A stretch of 63,310 nucleotides of DNA, counting the filler, from Octopus bimaculoides (Eukaryota): the NCBI RefSeq assembly GCF_001194135.2. It is 3 parts of 3 records of this genome, joined end to end, with 100 filler letters (N's around TTAATTAATTAA, not from the genome) between each part and the next. Parts side by side here need not be neighbours in the genome. Positions count along the whole stretch, not along the records: positions 62,144 to 63,310 come from NC_068986.1; 2 more parts are not named here. One strand, written 5' to 3'. This document shows positions 62,320 to 63,310 of this stretch, piece after piece. Made by a program: the position numbers and the translations under genes. Every line of letters starts with the position of its first letter. The stretch's first letter is position 1. The notes below the pieces were generated by a model. The model was not told where the DNA came from. It did no database searches and saw only the letters and a program-made list of their open reading frames with translations.

Positions 62320-63139
62320 TGCAAAAATGAAACTAACATTGACATCCAATTTTAACAGATATTTATTTACCAAAAGTACATAAAAATATCTTGAAACACT
62401 AAAGAGAAAATTTATTCAATAAAATCGCCATTGGTTTCAACCACAGCCTCCAGACGACTTTGGAATCTCCTGCAACTCTTCTGGACGATCTCATTGTTTA
62501 AGTTGGTGAATGCTTCGATAATCCTTGCCTTAAGAAGTTTTGTTAGTTTCTCGTTCAACTGCGGCCCACGCATAATAATCAAGGAGTTTGCCGTTTGGAG
62601 ATTTAGGTGGCCAGAAGTTAGCGTTGTTGTGGTCGCAGAAATTGTTAGATAGCCTTGACTGGGTTTTCATGCTTGTGTGGAATGATGCAGGATCCTGCTG
62701 CCAGACATAGAGTTTTCCAGCAACCACCCCATTGACCCGGGCACTTGATATAAGCCTCCGTGTTGAGTCTGAGGCCGTGTGGGAAGATAAATGAAGGCAT
62801 AACGTCGCCATCACTAGTGACTAGTGATCTCTCCAAACACCATGATATTGACTAGATGTTTGATTTTTATCACTCTTAGTACATGTCCTCGTATTGGAAT
62901 GTCCACAGATTGACACCCAAACACTCTGAAATATTCGCATTGGAGCTTCCGGCGCGAATGCCAAGCAGTACAGCATGCCGTTTCCAAATTTCTGACAGTG
63001 GATTGCAGCAGGGAGCTGTTTTTCTCACAGTCGGTGCCCAGCTGACCCTACTATACTGTATAGTCGACAAAATCAAAAGCACTGTGCATGCGTGAAATTA
63101 AAAATTATAAAATGGCGATAATTTACCCATCACACCTTA
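62320..63139 (-). mobile_element. Tc1/mariner-superfamily (DD37D/maT-like) transposon remnant
   Basis: GDVMPSFIFPHGLRLNTEAY; VWQQDPASFHTS..TQ; FWPPKSPNGKLLDYYAWAAVERETNK. One end (ATAATTTACCCATCACACCT|TA) abuts (TA)n. Confidence 0.8.
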
Positions 63140-63162
63140 TATATATATATATATATATATAT

Positions 63163-63310
63163 CTTTTACTTGTTACAGTCATTTGACTGCGGCCATGCTG
63201 GAGCACCGTCTTTAGTCGAGAAAATCGACCCCAGGACTTATTCTTTGTAAGCCTAGTACTTATTCTATCGGTCTCCTTTTTCCGAACCGCTAAGTTATGG
63301 GAACGATATA
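63163..63310 (-). mobile_element. SINE 3' part running off the window end
   Basis: cttttacttgtt.cagtcatttgactgcggccatgctggagcacc...aatcgaccccaggacttattct directly after (TA)n. It contains a GGGGTCGA segment like the 60470 SINE. Confidence 0.65.

Overview
This window is repeat-dense animal (eukaryotic) genomic DNA from a gapped draft assembly. The repeat landscape (RTE LINEs with (GAT)n tails, Nin-type SINEs, (TAA)n-associated R4/Dong elements, long microsatellites) suggests a coleoid cephalopod such as Octopus; that attribution is inference. No prokaryotic features, rRNA, tRNA genes or CRISPR were found. Most ORF-track entries are artefacts of microsatellites, N-gaps or fossil transposons. 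Contents: (1) a spliced minus-strand host gene of unrecognised identity, with a ~1-kb exon (40663-41671) and several small exons between ~36.2 and 52.8 kb. (2) Fossil TEs: HERO, CR1/L2-group, Tx1/L1, many R4/Dong-like, RTE, Penelope, an internally deleted Ty3/Gypsy with both LTRs and a TSD, two piggyBac, two mariner, a DD37D-like element, hAT and Helitron ends, MITEs and SINEs. (3) A degenerate ~30-bp intronic satellite. The most interesting observations are a head-to-tail array of ~1.8-kb ORF1(gag)-only retroelements lacking endonuclease/RT (27189-31380) and hammerhead-ribozyme motifs, including one with a fully canonical core inside a ~540-bp palindromic element (61216-61756). Two fixed 100-bp scaffold joints (31382-31481 and 62044-62143) mean adjacency across them is uncertain.
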